Assembly (NCBI RefSeq): GCF_009931435.1
Contig: NZ_CP043414.1
Length of the DNA stretch: 64,000 nt
Reading direction: 5' to 3' (one strand)
Origin: Escherichia coli
GTDB lineage: Bacteria > Pseudomonadota > Gammaproteobacteria > Enterobacterales > Enterobacteriaceae
The notes beneath the pieces are model-generated. The model saw nothing but the letters and a program-made list of their open reading frames with translations. It did no database searches and was not told the DNA's origin. Position 1 is the first letter of the stretch. Each line of letters starts with the position of its first letter. This document shows positions 12,490 to 21,478 of this stretch, piece by piece. A program made the translations under genes and the position numbers.

Positions 12490-12807
12490 TTAGCCAATTT
12501 TCCTTTCGGATGGGGGTAAGTCCGTTGGCTCTTGCCCATAGTGTGCGAGAGCCGGAGCTATCTGCCCGGATTCAGGCGCAATTTTCCCAGTCATAAACCA
12601 CAACGCATATTTCTCAAATCTGGGGTTGTTTAGTATTTGCTCAATTACTTCAGCATTAGGGATAGTTTTACCGCTTTCATATCTCCACAGAGCATCACGG
12701 TTTAAACCAAGCATTTTTGCTGTATCCGGGAGGCTAGTAAGTCTCTCGCTTTCACGCATGATTTTTATGCGCTCTCCAATAGTCATACGCATGTTGCAAT
12801 TCTCCAA
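12490..12807 (-). CDS. Immunity repressor, P2 C-like
   Basis: C-terminal WFMTGKIAPESGQIAPALAHYGQ block matches P2 C as recalled; divergent from the cox-like gene. Confidence 0.85.
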   Translation of the reverse strand: MENCNMRMTIGERIKIMRESERLTSLPDTAKMLGLNRDALWRYESGKTIPNAEVIEQILNNPRFEKYALWFMTGKIAPESGQIAPALAHYGQEPTDLPPSERKIG

Positions 12808-12887
12808 CGTCTGTATTAATGTTTATACAAATGAGTTTGATTTGGGGCATCCGTCGCAAGAAATACCCCAAACAGGGAGATTATCAC
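12808..12887. promoter_or_regulatory. Lysis/lysogeny switch region (divergent promoters and operators)
   Basis: Intergenic between divergent repressor and cox-like genes; inferred from P2 architecture. Confidence 0.5.
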
Positions 12888-13214
12888 ATGAATGAAGAAC
12901 TATTGAGGGCATTGTTTAAGATCCCAGACCCCATCACCGTCGATGAGTTTTCCCGCCGTACAGGTAAGACCGAATCAGCCGTAAGAAAGTTGGTAGAGCG
13001 TCGACTCATCCCTCTAACTACTGAGCGCGAGGTTTTAGGCGAGGAAGGGAGTTCGCGCCGTCTTCTCATCCTTTGGAATGAGTGGCTCGAAATGGTCTAT
13101 GACGCAACGAAACAGCTTCCTCCTGAGCGTAAAGATTGGCGCAATCACTGGCTTAAGAAAGCCAAGAAGCTGGCGGAAGATTTGGGATTAGGCTTTCTTA
13201 ATTTTGCTGCATGA
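12888..13214 (+). CDS. Cox-like excisionase / early regulator (start at MNEELLRALF)
   Basis: Position opposite the repressor; GGAG RBS before the internal Met; small HTH-like protein. Confidence 0.55.
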   Translation: MNEELLRALFKIPDPITVDEFSRRTGKTESAVRKLVERRLIPLTTEREVLGEEGSSRRLLILWNEWLEMVYDATKQLPPERKDWRNHWLKKAKKLAEDLGLGFLNFAA

Positions 13215-13232
13215 GATGCAGGGAGTTTTGAT

Positions 13233-13574
13233 ATGAAACAGCAACGTAATTCACGCTTTCGTAATGGTGCTGAACGCCACGCTAACCGTTTCGCTACCAG
13301 TGCATCACGCAGCAACATCCGCTACAGCCTGAGTGATACACACGCAACGCCGGATGGCTACCCAGTAAAACAAATCGGCGAGCACGCTTGGCTGATTGAG
13401 AAAGCTGGAATCGTGATCCACAAATGCCCACGCAATCCGTTTACCGGAAACCGCATTTTTGCATTGAGCTGTGGCGACAATCAGTTTGGGCAGGATTTCA
13501 CATTATACGAAGCACTTCGCACGGTTGATCGTCTGCTTCGCGGGCAAAGTTTTATTAAACAGGCTGATTTATAA
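13233..13574 (+). CDS. Hypothetical early-operon protein (113 aa)
   Basis: Co-directional ORF in the early operon. Confidence 0.45.
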   Translation: MKQQRNSRFRNGAERHANRFATSASRSNIRYSLSDTHATPDGYPVKQIGEHAWLIEKAGIVIHKCPRNPFTGNRIFALSCGDNQFGQDFTLYEALRTVDRLLRGQSFIKQADL

Positions 13575-13584
13575 CGGGTGCTTT

Positions 13585-13872
13585 ATGACCAAAGACCATG
13601 CACAAGGTGTATTTATCCGCTTTATTGATTTTCGCGGTGAACTGTTATTACGTGCATCCGCTATTGACGGAGTGACTCCGGCGGGTAAAAACGGAGCCGA
13701 CGAAGCCACTTACGTTTATCTGAACGGCACGCGACTGCTTGTGGAACTTCCGTACCAGACCGTACGAGAAATCATTAGCGAAGCTGAAAAGGCACGCCAA
13801 GTTAATGGCGATGAACCCTATATCGAAATTATTTGTATGGATTCAGAAGCTGAAATACAGAAAGCAGATTAA
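13585..13872 (+). CDS. Hypothetical early-operon protein (95 aa)
   Basis: Internal ATG immediately after the upstream stop. Confidence 0.45.
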   Translation: MTKDHAQGVFIRFIDFRGELLLRASAIDGVTPAGKNGADEATYVYLNGTRLLVELPYQTVREIISEAEKARQVNGDEPYIEIICMDSEAEIQKAD

Positions 13873-13883
13873 AGGGCGTTGTG

Positions 13884-14126
13884 ATGGGCAAAGAATATAA
13901 AACTCTCATTAACAAAGCACTTGAGCGTTTTTATTTTCGCTTAAGTGCATCAGGCGCTCATGCTGAACGTGCAGCCCGTGACTCATTGACCAGGGCAATC
14001 CGGAGTTTGTATGACGTCGCTTTTTACGCTGATGATCTGGATGCACTTAACGAACTTTCCGAGCTGATCTGTGCCGCAGAATGCGGGGAACATATTGAAC
14101 CGTATAAGCTGGGGAATATCGCATGA
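13884..14126 (+). CDS. Hypothetical early-operon protein (80 aa)
   Basis: ORF in early operon. Confidence 0.4.
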   Translation: MGKEYKTLINKALERFYFRLSASGAHAERAARDSLTRAIRSLYDVAFYADDLDALNELSELICAAECGEHIEPYKLGNIA

Positions 14127-14236
14127 GTATATTTATCTCATGGCTTGTTCTGATTATTTCGGTGGCCTGCGCCATTGGAATTATGCGAATTATTCATTCA
14201 GTAAAAAAGATTGAACGTTTTTTCACTGGTGAATAA
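14123..14236 (+). CDS. Small hydrophobic peptide (37 aa, MSIFISWLVLIISVACAIGIMRIIHSVKKIERFFTGE)
   Basis: Found by reading; ATGA overlap with upstream stop; single predicted TM helix. Confidence 0.3.
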   Translation: MSIFISWLVLIISVACAIGIMRIIHSVKKIERFFTGE

Positions 14237-14329
14237 CGATACAAATAAAACATCAAATTAAATAAGAAAACGTGAAAACCATCCGTATTAACGGAGGTAT
14301 TCGCACACGCAAATAACGGAGATACAAAA

Positions 14330-14740
14330 ATGCACGCAAAAGAAGAAGGTATCATCAGAGCACTGAAAGAAATTTCAAAGACAGAAAACGAAGTAGCGAA
14401 AAAAGCCATAGCAAATAATCATATGGACGTCGCAACCCACACACTGATAGTCGCAAGAGTCACGGCAGAAGCAGCCGAAATTATCGCAAAACAGGATGCT
14501 GAACTGGCGGTTCTCAGAACACAACCAGTCACCGGACTGGATTTGTCTAACACCGGACGCCTTATTTACACAATTGGCTCGGAGCTACAGCGATACACCA
14601 TTATCGCCGGGTTACAGGATAAATACCTGATCACTCCTCACCCCATAAGGGAATCAGAAATTCTGACAAATCTCCGCCTGATAGAGCGCTCTCAAGTCGC
14701 ATTCATTGATGACGCACAGTGCACCGTATTTAACGCATAG
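14330..14740 (+). CDS. Hypothetical early-operon protein (136 aa)
   Basis: ORF with purine-rich RBS region. Confidence 0.45.
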   Translation: MHAKEEGIIRALKEISKTENEVAKKAIANNHMDVATHTLIVARVTAEAAEIIAKQDAELAVLRTQPVTGLDLSNTGRLIYTIGSELQRYTIIAGLQDKYLITPHPIRESEILTNLRLIERSQVAFIDDAQCTVFNA

Positions 14741-14763
14741 AGTTACTGGACAAAGGGGGCGCA

Positions 14764-14967
14764 ATGGCAATTAAGCATTTTCCCGTCGTTCGCTTTACCT
14801 CCAGAGGGCGCGAATACGAGGTCGACGAACGCCTGATTACCACTATCGACAAACATCGTTCGGAAAAGGATGCACACCACATCTACCTCACTGACGGCAC
14901 TTACTTCTGCGCCACTAATGTGGCGCGGGTAAACCTTATCCGACAGGTACAGGAGCCACGCAGATGA
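14764..14967 (+). CDS. Hypothetical small protein (67 aa)
   Basis: ORF; stop overlaps next start. Confidence 0.4.
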   Translation: MAIKHFPVVRFTSRGREYEVDERLITTIDKHRSEKDAHHIYLTDGTYFCATNVARVNLIRQVQEPRR

Positions 14968-15230
14968 CCATTCTGGACTACATCGCTACTCATCCGGGGT
15001 GTAGCGGCGGAGAGATCGCCGCAGCACTGAATACTCCAACCACAGCCATTAATGCTGAGTTACGCCAACTTTGGCGCGGCGGCTTAGTCATCAGAACAAA
15101 CCGCAGCACAGGTGGTCGCGCTCGCAAAACTGGAGGCCAGGCTTCTTACCACGTAAACCCGATGCCGTTCGGGTGTAGCAATCCACTTACTCACATGTTT
15201 AACCAGCTACTGAAGGAAGCCAGAACATGA
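14964..15230 (+). CDS. Small winged-helix-like DNA-binding protein (88 aa)
   Basis: Translationally coupled; HTH-like GCSGGEIAAALNTPTTAINAELRQL. Confidence 0.45.
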   Translation: MTILDYIATHPGCSGGEIAAALNTPTTAINAELRQLWRGGLVIRTNRSTGGRARKTGGQASYHVNPMPFGCSNPLTHMFNQLLKEART

Positions 15231-15526
15231 GCACCATCAACCACCAGAAGCTACGCGAACTGGCATTTGCCCTGCAACGAATGGCAACACCTCAAAAATT
15301 ACTGGCATTTCGCGCAATGCTCTCGCCGTCTGCTGTGCTGGCACTGCTGGATGAGCTGGAGCACGCCAGAACCATGGCTCCAGCCATTCGCCTGACGCTC
15401 CATCATGAAATCGCTGATTTCTGCGCACCACTGGGTTCGCCTGGTGAACCAGAAACGCCGGAAACAATGCAACGAGAGCTACTGCAACGCATCGACAAGG
15501 TTTTTGATTTTTTCCTTAACCAGTAA
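15227..15526 (+). CDS. Hypothetical protein (99 aa)
   Basis: Translationally coupled ORF. Confidence 0.4.
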   Translation: MSTINHQKLRELAFALQRMATPQKLLAFRAMLSPSAVLALLDELEHARTMAPAIRLTLHHEIADFCAPLGSPGEPETPETMQRELLQRIDKVFDFFLNQ

Positions 15527-15537
15527 AGGACCGCGAT

Positions 15538-15750
15538 ATGAACAAAAAGACCTGGTTTCGCGCATACATGTGGGCGCTGGTATGCGTCCTCGTTTCTCTC
15601 ATTCTGTATGTGGGGCTACTTCCCAGAATGATTTCATCAGACAGCTCCTTCCTGGTATTGCTGGGCATTTTTGTCGCCTTGCTGTACCCGGCGGGCGTTG
15701 TTCGCTTTTTCAGTAACTACATCAAAGCAATTATGGAAACCAAACAATGA
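15538..15750 (+). CDS. Small two-TM membrane protein (70 aa)
   Basis: Two hydrophobic helices; ATGA overlap with downstream SPFH gene. Confidence 0.5.
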   Translation: MNKKTWFRAYMWALVCVLVSLILYVGLLPRMISSDSSFLVLLGIFVALLYPAGVVRFFSNYIKAIMETKQ

Positions 15751-16571
15751 AAAAACTATTACCACTCATCCCTCTCCTGATGACCACACTTCTGGTTGGC
15801 TGTGACCGCGTGGAGCCGGGCAATGTAGGCATCAAAGTCAACAAACTGGGCGACGATAAAGGCGTCGGTGAAGTAGTTGGCGTTGGCCGCTACTGGACAG
15901 GCTGGAATACAGAGGTTTACATCTTCCCGACTTTCAAACAAATGAAGACTTACGATGAGCCGTTCAACTTCCAGATGAGTGACGGCACAACCATCGGCTA
16001 TCACATCGGCGTGGCCTACAAAGTTGATCCATCCAAAGTTACCACTGTGTTTCAGACCTACCGCAAAGGCGTGGATGACATTACCGACACTGACCTGCGC
16101 CAGAAGATCGCCGATGCACTCAACCGACTGGCCAGCAAAATGACCACCGATAAGTTTATCGACGGTGGCAAGTCTGAACTGCTGGATTCAGCACTTAAAG
16201 ACATTCAGTCAGAAATGACACCTATCGGCATTCAGGTCATGAGCCTCTCTTATGTCGGTAAACCGGAATATCCGCCAACCGTTATCGACAGCATTAACGC
16301 CAAAGTCACGGCAAACCAGAAAACCCTGCAACGCGAACAGGAAGTCAAGCAACGCGAAGCAGAAGCCAACATGTTGCGCGCAGAAGCTGCCGGACAGGCT
16401 GATGCCATTCGCACAAAAGCCCAGGCTGAAGCCGACGCCATTCGTTTACGCGGTGAAGCTCTGCGCCAGAATCCCGGCGTTATGGAGCTGGAAGCAATCA
16501 ACAAATGGAACGGCACGCTGCCGCAATACATGACCAGCAACACCGCTGTTCCGTTTGTTCCGGTGAAGTAA
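15747..16571 (+). CDS. SPFH/band-7 (prohibitin/HflKC-like) domain lipoprotein
   Basis: Signal peptide plus lipobox LLVGC; SPFH-like core; Ala/Glu/Arg-rich coiled-coil tail. Confidence 0.6.
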   Translation: MKKLLPLIPLLMTTLLVGCDRVEPGNVGIKVNKLGDDKGVGEVVGVGRYWTGWNTEVYIFPTFKQMKTYDEPFNFQMSDGTTIGYHIGVAYKVDPSKVTTVFQTYRKGVDDITDTDLRQKIADALNRLASKMTTDKFIDGGKSELLDSALKDIQSEMTPIGIQVMSLSYVGKPEYPPTVIDSINAKVTANQKTLQREQEVKQREAEANMLRAEAAGQADAIRTKAQAEADAIRLRGEALRQNPGVMELEAINKWNGTLPQYMTSNTAVPFVPVK

Positions 16572-16940
16572 TTAAACCCGGCCAGTGAAAATCGCTGGCC
16601 GGAGCAGTATCAGGATTTTTTTTAGTATGCCGTTCTCACAAAAAAACCGCTTGCCATGCCGCAATCAGTCAGGTTACATTTCCGCTGCACCTCATAAAAC
16701 GGGTGCCGGGTTTCGCAGCCTGCTGACAACCAAAGCGCACAACCGCGCCAGCGGTTTTTTTGTGCGTACTGTATTGCCACGTCTTTTTCGCACACGAATT
16801 ATGGCGGGGCGTACGGGGCCGACTTCGGTCGGGCCGGGTTCTTTGGTTGCCGGTACTGCGAACCCCGTACGTCTCGCCACCCACAGTTTCGCAGCTCTGG
16901 ATGGTGAGTTTTCAAAACTTACAACCAAAGAGGCTACACC

Positions 16941-17171
16941 ATGGCAAACCGCAAACAGCACCGCGCTATCGCGGAGCGTCGTCACATCCAGACTGAAATC
17001 AACCGCAGACTTTCCCGCGCATTCCGCGTCGCTAAAATCATGCACATCAATATGCTGCATGAGCGTAGCTGCGAACTTTCAAACCTCTACTCATCCGCTG
17101 TTTTCAGTTATCTGGCGGATGATCTGCGCGAGCTTCAGCAGCTCATCCAGCAGCAAAACAAACTCCATTAA
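16941..17171 (+). CDS. Hypothetical small basic protein (76 aa)
   Basis: AAAGAGG RBS. Confidence 0.45.
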   Translation: MANRKQHRAIAERRHIQTEINRRLSRAFRVAKIMHINMLHERSCELSNLYSSAVFSYLADDLRELQQLIQQQNKLH

Positions 17172-17243
17172 TTCCTGTTCCGGGCCTTTCCTGCACCTTG
17201 CGGCGGGAGGCCTTCGCACATCTGTAACAAGAGGATTGCCGCA

Positions 17244-17609
17244 ATGATTCTCGCCAACGACTTTCTTGAATACCTGCTCAACACAGAGCGTGATCTTGCC
17301 GCTCGCGTGCGTGATCGTTATGACATGTACCTGAAATCCCTGCCTGTACCGCAGCTCGCTGACGGAAAGATTGTTATTGATGGTCGCTACATGATTGACA
17401 GCCACGAGGGAAATTACAGGCTTTCCCGCATTGAAGGTGGCACCCCGTCCGTTATTGGCATTTACCAGCGCCCATCCTCTGCAATCGTCGATGTGATTGC
17501 CGACAGCATCCGCATCACACATCGCCATGCCGACACAGAAGACACCGTGCTGGAAATTCAGCGGCTGGCTACAGTCTGCCGCGACACCCTGAATGGCATG
17601 ACGAAGTAA
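17244..17609 (+). CDS. Hypothetical protein (121 aa) upstream of replication gene
   Basis: AGAGGA RBS; position analogous to P2 gene B. Confidence 0.45.
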   Translation: MILANDFLEYLLNTERDLAARVRDRYDMYLKSLPVPQLADGKIVIDGRYMIDSHEGNYRLSRIEGGTPSVIGIYQRPSSAIVDVIADSIRITHRHADTEDTVLEIQRLATVCRDTLNGMTK

Positions 17610-17615
17610 ATCACT

Positions 17616-20438
17616 ATGACGGCAGAGTACATCAGGGACTGGCAACAACCGCGCCACGCAGTGGGGCGTGAAGGAACGGGGATCCCCGCTCCTGAATCCG
17701 CGCTTTCCTCCTGGCTGGATGCCTACCGGGTAGAGAACGAGCGCCGCCAGGAAATGGCTGATGCGGCGTTCTCCGCCACGCCGCTGGGCAACCTGATTAA
17801 TAAAAGCCTGGACGCACAGGAAAAACAGGACAAAACCATCACACTGGCAGGAGACGCCAGAAAACAGGCACGCGGCGCAGTGGATGAAGCCATGACCTCG
17901 CTGCGCCTGCTGCCGTCCTATCTGCGCGATCCGCTTATTCGCCACCTCTCCTTCCTGCGCAAAAAACAGGAAGCCGATCGCCGGAAAGGCAAAAAGAGCT
18001 GGCAGGCGGAACGCTATGCACGCGGAACCCTGCGCAAAATATTCGAACGTCTGGACCGCACCGATCACCGCTGGCTGACACCGGGTTATCGCTCCCTTGC
18101 CGGACGCGAACGCCTGGACGATTTGCTTTACCTGCCGCAGCTCAACAAACACCAGATACAGACGCTGGCCACCATGACGGCGGCGATGTTCAGCAGCACC
18201 TTCGAAAAACTCTGCGATGGCTTTGGCGCGACTGATGGCGAACTGACCATGGATGTAACGCTGAAGGCGTATCAGATGCTGGCCCGCATGGCGTTACACC
18301 TGCACGCCATGCCTCCACATTATGACGCACTGACAACAGACAAAGACCGGAGGAACGAACCGGACACAGAGCTGCTGCCGGGCGCAATCCTTCGCCTGAC
18401 CTGTGCGGAATGGTGGAAACGCAAACTGTGGCTGTTACGTTGCGAGTGGCGGGAAGAACAACTCCGCGCCGCCTGTCTGGTTTCCAGAAAAACATCGCCC
18501 TATCTGAGCCAGGACGCGTTAAGCGAGTTTCGCGCACAGCGCGAGAAAACACGCGATTTCCTGAAAAGTTTCATGCTGGAAAACGAAGACGGGTTCACGA
18601 TTGATCTCGAGACAGTGTATTACGCGGGAGTAAGTAACCCGGTTCACCGTAAGGCAGAAATGATGGCCACCATGAAGGGACTGGAACTTCTGGCCGAAGC
18701 CCGTGGCGACAGAGCGGTGTTTCTGACTGTCACCTGCCCGTCAAAATACCACGCAACAACGGAGAACGGTCATCCGAACCCCAAATGGAACGGGGCCACC
18801 ATGCGCGACTCCAGCGATTACCTGGTTAACACGTTTTTTGCGGCGGTCCGCAAAAAACTGAACCGCGACGGCCTGCGCTGGTATGGCATCCGCACGGTGG
18901 AGCCTCACCATGACGGCACCGTGCACTGGCATATGATGGTCTTTGCTCATCCGGAAGAAATCGACAGCATCGTGGCCATCACCCGCGATATTGCCATTCA
19001 GGAAGACCGCCACGAGCTGGGCAATGATATTACTCCGCGCTTTAAAGTGGAGTATGTCGACGGCTCAAAAGGCACACCAACCAGCTATATCGCGACCTAC
19101 ATCGGGAAAAACCTGGACAGCCGCGCCGTGGATGGCATCGACCCGAAAACGGGCAAACCACGCGTTGACCACGAAACCGGAAAGTCAATGGCCGAGAGCG
19201 TGGAACGCGCCATCGGCTGGGCGCGCCTTCACCGTGTCCGCCAGTTCCAGTTCTTTGGTATCCCCTCCCGTCAGGTGTGGCGTGAACTGCGTCGCCTTGC
19301 CAGCCAGATGGCACGCAACCCGGAAGGCCCGCAACAGCTGAAGGATGACGCAATGGATGCGGTACTCGCTGCCGCTGATGCCGGATGTTTTGCCACCTAC
19401 ATAGAGAAACAGGGCGGCGTTCTTGTTCCACGCAAAGACTACCTGATTCGCACCGCCTACGACCTCGCAGATGAGCTGAACGATTACGGCGAACAGAGCG
19501 TACAGATTTACGGGATCTGGTCGCCACTCATCGGGGAATCCTCCCGTGTGTGCACGCATCCGGATAACTGGAAGCTGGTAAGACGTAAACCGGAAACGGA
19601 AGACAGCGCCCGCGAAAATGGTTTTGACCTTCAGGGCGGCCCTGCCGCCCCTTGGACTCGTGGCAATAACTGTCCCCGTGTACAGGAAACGGACAACAAC
19701 GGGACAGAACAGCCGGAAGAACGGCCAGCACCGTGGCCGCAGCTTCCTGACAGCGTTGACGTGAATGAATGGATGCGCTCACTGAAACGGCACGAACGCC
19801 GGGCGCTGATGCGTTCGCTGCGTGACAAACAGGCAAAAAACAGCAGTGATGAAATGCAGAACTGGACACAGAGCCGCAAACAGCCACGGCCTTTGCCTGA
19901 TAACCACGAGTTACTCGCTAAAGAATGGCGGGAGTCTGCTGAATCTCTCGGCCTGCATATTGGTGAACAGCAGATGCAGCACCTGTTACGGGGCGGCAGT
20001 CTGTACGTTGACGGCAGCATCATTGCACCGCAGGGATTTGAAATTGTACGCAAACCGGATACCCGCCCGGACAGCCGAATCACGCAGCTCTGGCAGCGCC
20101 TGAGCCGTAATCACGGCGTAAGCAGCACGGGGATCCGCCATAACCCGGTCGCCAGCTATCTGGAACAGCTGGGGGCATCAGACCCCGAAGCCGCCGCACG
20201 CCTGGCATCCACACTTCAGCAGGACCAGAACACCATGAAAACCCCCGTTACCGTGCTTTCTGACATGCTGCGCGCCATCCGTGACGCAGAGCACGCACAG
20301 AGAATCAGTGAAACAACTGAACGCGCCCGCCGCAAAGCAGACCTGCTGCGGGGTGGCCTGACCAGTGGAAACAAAAAACAGACAAAAACAGGATTCACAA
20401 ATCCCGTAAATGAGCAAAAAACGCGCCGTGATATATGA
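17616..20438 (+). CDS. Rolling-circle replication initiator (HUH endonuclease, P2 gpA / phiX174 gpA family), 940 aa
   Basis: HUH motif in VHWHMMVFAHP and catalytic Tyr motif YIATYIGKNLD; position after the early operon. Confidence 0.8.
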   Translation: MTAEYIRDWQQPRHAVGREGTGIPAPESALSSWLDAYRVENERRQEMADAAFSATPLGNLINKSLDAQEKQDKTITLAGDARKQARGAVDEAMTSLRLLPSYLRDPLIRHLSFLRKKQEADRRKGKKSWQAERYARGTLRKIFERLDRTDHRWLTPGYRSLAGRERLDDLLYLPQLNKHQIQTLATMTAAMFSSTFEKLCDGFGATDGELTMDVTLKAYQMLARMALHLHAMPPHYDALTTDKDRRNEPDTELLPGAILRLTCAEWWKRKLWLLRCEWREEQLRAACLVSRKTSPYLSQDALSEFRAQREKTRDFLKSFMLENEDGFTIDLETVYYAGVSNPVHRKAEMMATMKGLELLAEARGDRAVFLTVTCPSKYHATTENGHPNPKWNGATMRDSSDYLVNTFFAAVRKKLNRDGLRWYGIRTVEPHHDGTVHWHMMVFAHPEEIDSIVAITRDIAIQEDRHELGNDITPRFKVEYVDGSKGTPTSYIATYIGKNLDSRAVDGIDPKTGKPRVDHETGKSMAESVERAIGWARLHRVRQFQFFGIPSRQVWRELRRLASQMARNPEGPQQLKDDAMDAVLAAADAGCFATYIEKQGGVLVPRKDYLIRTAYDLADELNDYGEQSVQIYGIWSPLIGESSRVCTHPDNWKLVRRKPETEDSARENGFDLQGGPAAPWTRGNNCPRVQETDNNGTEQPEERPAPWPQLPDSVDVNEWMRSLKRHERRALMRSLRDKQAKNSSDEMQNWTQSRKQPRPLPDNHELLAKEWRESAESLGLHIGEQQMQHLLRGGSLYVDGSIIAPQGFEIVRKPDTRPDSRITQLWQRLSRNHGVSSTGIRHNPVASYLEQLGASDPEAAARLASTLQQDQNTMKTPVTVLSDMLRAIRDAEHAQRISETTERARRKADLLRGGLTSGNKKQTKTGFTNPVNEQKTRRDI

Positions 20439-20486
20439 AGCGCGCACAAAACAGGCGAAAACGGGATTTAAAAATCCTGTAACCGA
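20385..20486. repeat. Two copies of a ~24-bp imperfect palindrome spanning the replication-gene stop and parM upstream region
   Basis: aaaacaGGATTcacaaATCCCgtaa (20385..20410) and aaaacgGGATTtaaaaATCCTgtaa (20457..20486); possible ParR operator or parC. Confidence 0.5.
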
Positions 20487-20514
20487 TTAATTAATCAACA
20501 TAAGGAAAAGCGAC

Positions 20515-21474
20515 ATGAAAATTTGTATCGACGACGGATCCACCAACATCAAGCTGGCATGGACTGAGAACGGCGAACGCCGCAACGCCATCAGCCCGAA
20601 CAGCTTCAAGTCAGAATGGTCTGCGCCGTTCGGTGGCACGCAGCCCGCGAACTACATGCTTGATGGCGTGCGCTATGGTTTTGATCCGGTCAGCGATCGC
20701 TTTGTCCAGACGACCGACACGCAATACCAGTACAGCGATGTGAATGTCATTGCCATTCATCATGCGCTGGTCAAATCAGGCATCACGCCACAGGAGGTGG
20801 ATGTGGTTGTCACCCTGCCACTGAGCGAGTATTTCGACACAAACGCACAGCCGGACATGGCCAACATCAACCGCAAAAAAGCGAACGTTATGCGCCCGGT
20901 GGAGTACCAGAACGGCGAGGCATTCACTATCCGTAACGTGCGGGTTATGCCTGAATCCATTCCGGCTGGCTTTAAAGCACTGGCTGACATGAGTCCGTTT
21001 GAATCCCTGCTGATTGTGGATTTGGGCGGAACCACGCTGGATGTGGCAAAGGTTCAGGGGCAACTGGCAGGTATCAGCCAGGTGTTTTGCGATCCACACG
21101 TAGGCGTTTCCCTGATGGCCGATGCCGTACTGTCGGTAATGGCCACTAACGGTATGCGCACCAGTCACCACATCGCCAATACCATTATCGAACATCGCCA
21201 CGATGAAGCCTGGCTGCGCCAGCACATCCACAATAACGCACATTACGCCAGCCTGATGGCTGTTATTCGTGAAAAGGAAGAAACACTGAAACAACGCGTG
21301 ATCCGCGCGCTGGCGGGTTTTTCGGGTTACGGGCGGGTGATGGTTGTAGGTGGAGGGGCAGAGATTGTGGCACCCGCTATCCGCGAAGCCTGCGGAGTTA
21401 ATGCGACTTTCATCGCGGACGGGGTGCCACAGTTTGCTCTGGTTAATGGGCTGTACGCAATGGACAAGGAGTAA
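20515..21474 (+). CDS. parM: Actin-like segregation ATPase ParM/StbA
   Basis: N-terminal IDDGSTNIKLAW and overall similarity to plasmid R1 ParM as recalled. Confidence 0.85.
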   Translation: MKICIDDGSTNIKLAWTENGERRNAISPNSFKSEWSAPFGGTQPANYMLDGVRYGFDPVSDRFVQTTDTQYQYSDVNVIAIHHALVKSGITPQEVDVVVTLPLSEYFDTNAQPDMANINRKKANVMRPVEYQNGEAFTIRNVRVMPESIPAGFKALADMSPFESLLIVDLGGTTLDVAKVQGQLAGISQVFCDPHVGVSLMADAVLSVMATNGMRTSHHIANTIIEHRHDEAWLRQHIHNNAHYASLMAVIREKEETLKQRVIRALAGFSGYGRVMVVGGGAEIVAPAIREACGVNATFIADGVPQFALVNGLYAMDKE

Positions 21475-21478
21475 ATCA

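Noticed and set aside
16585-17247. 220-aa plus-strand ORF spanning the non-coding spacer and the small 76-aa gene
   Set aside because: Low-complexity Ser/Arg/Ala-rich translation, no RBS, overlaps a better-supported small gene; more likely a non-coding region with RNA structure.
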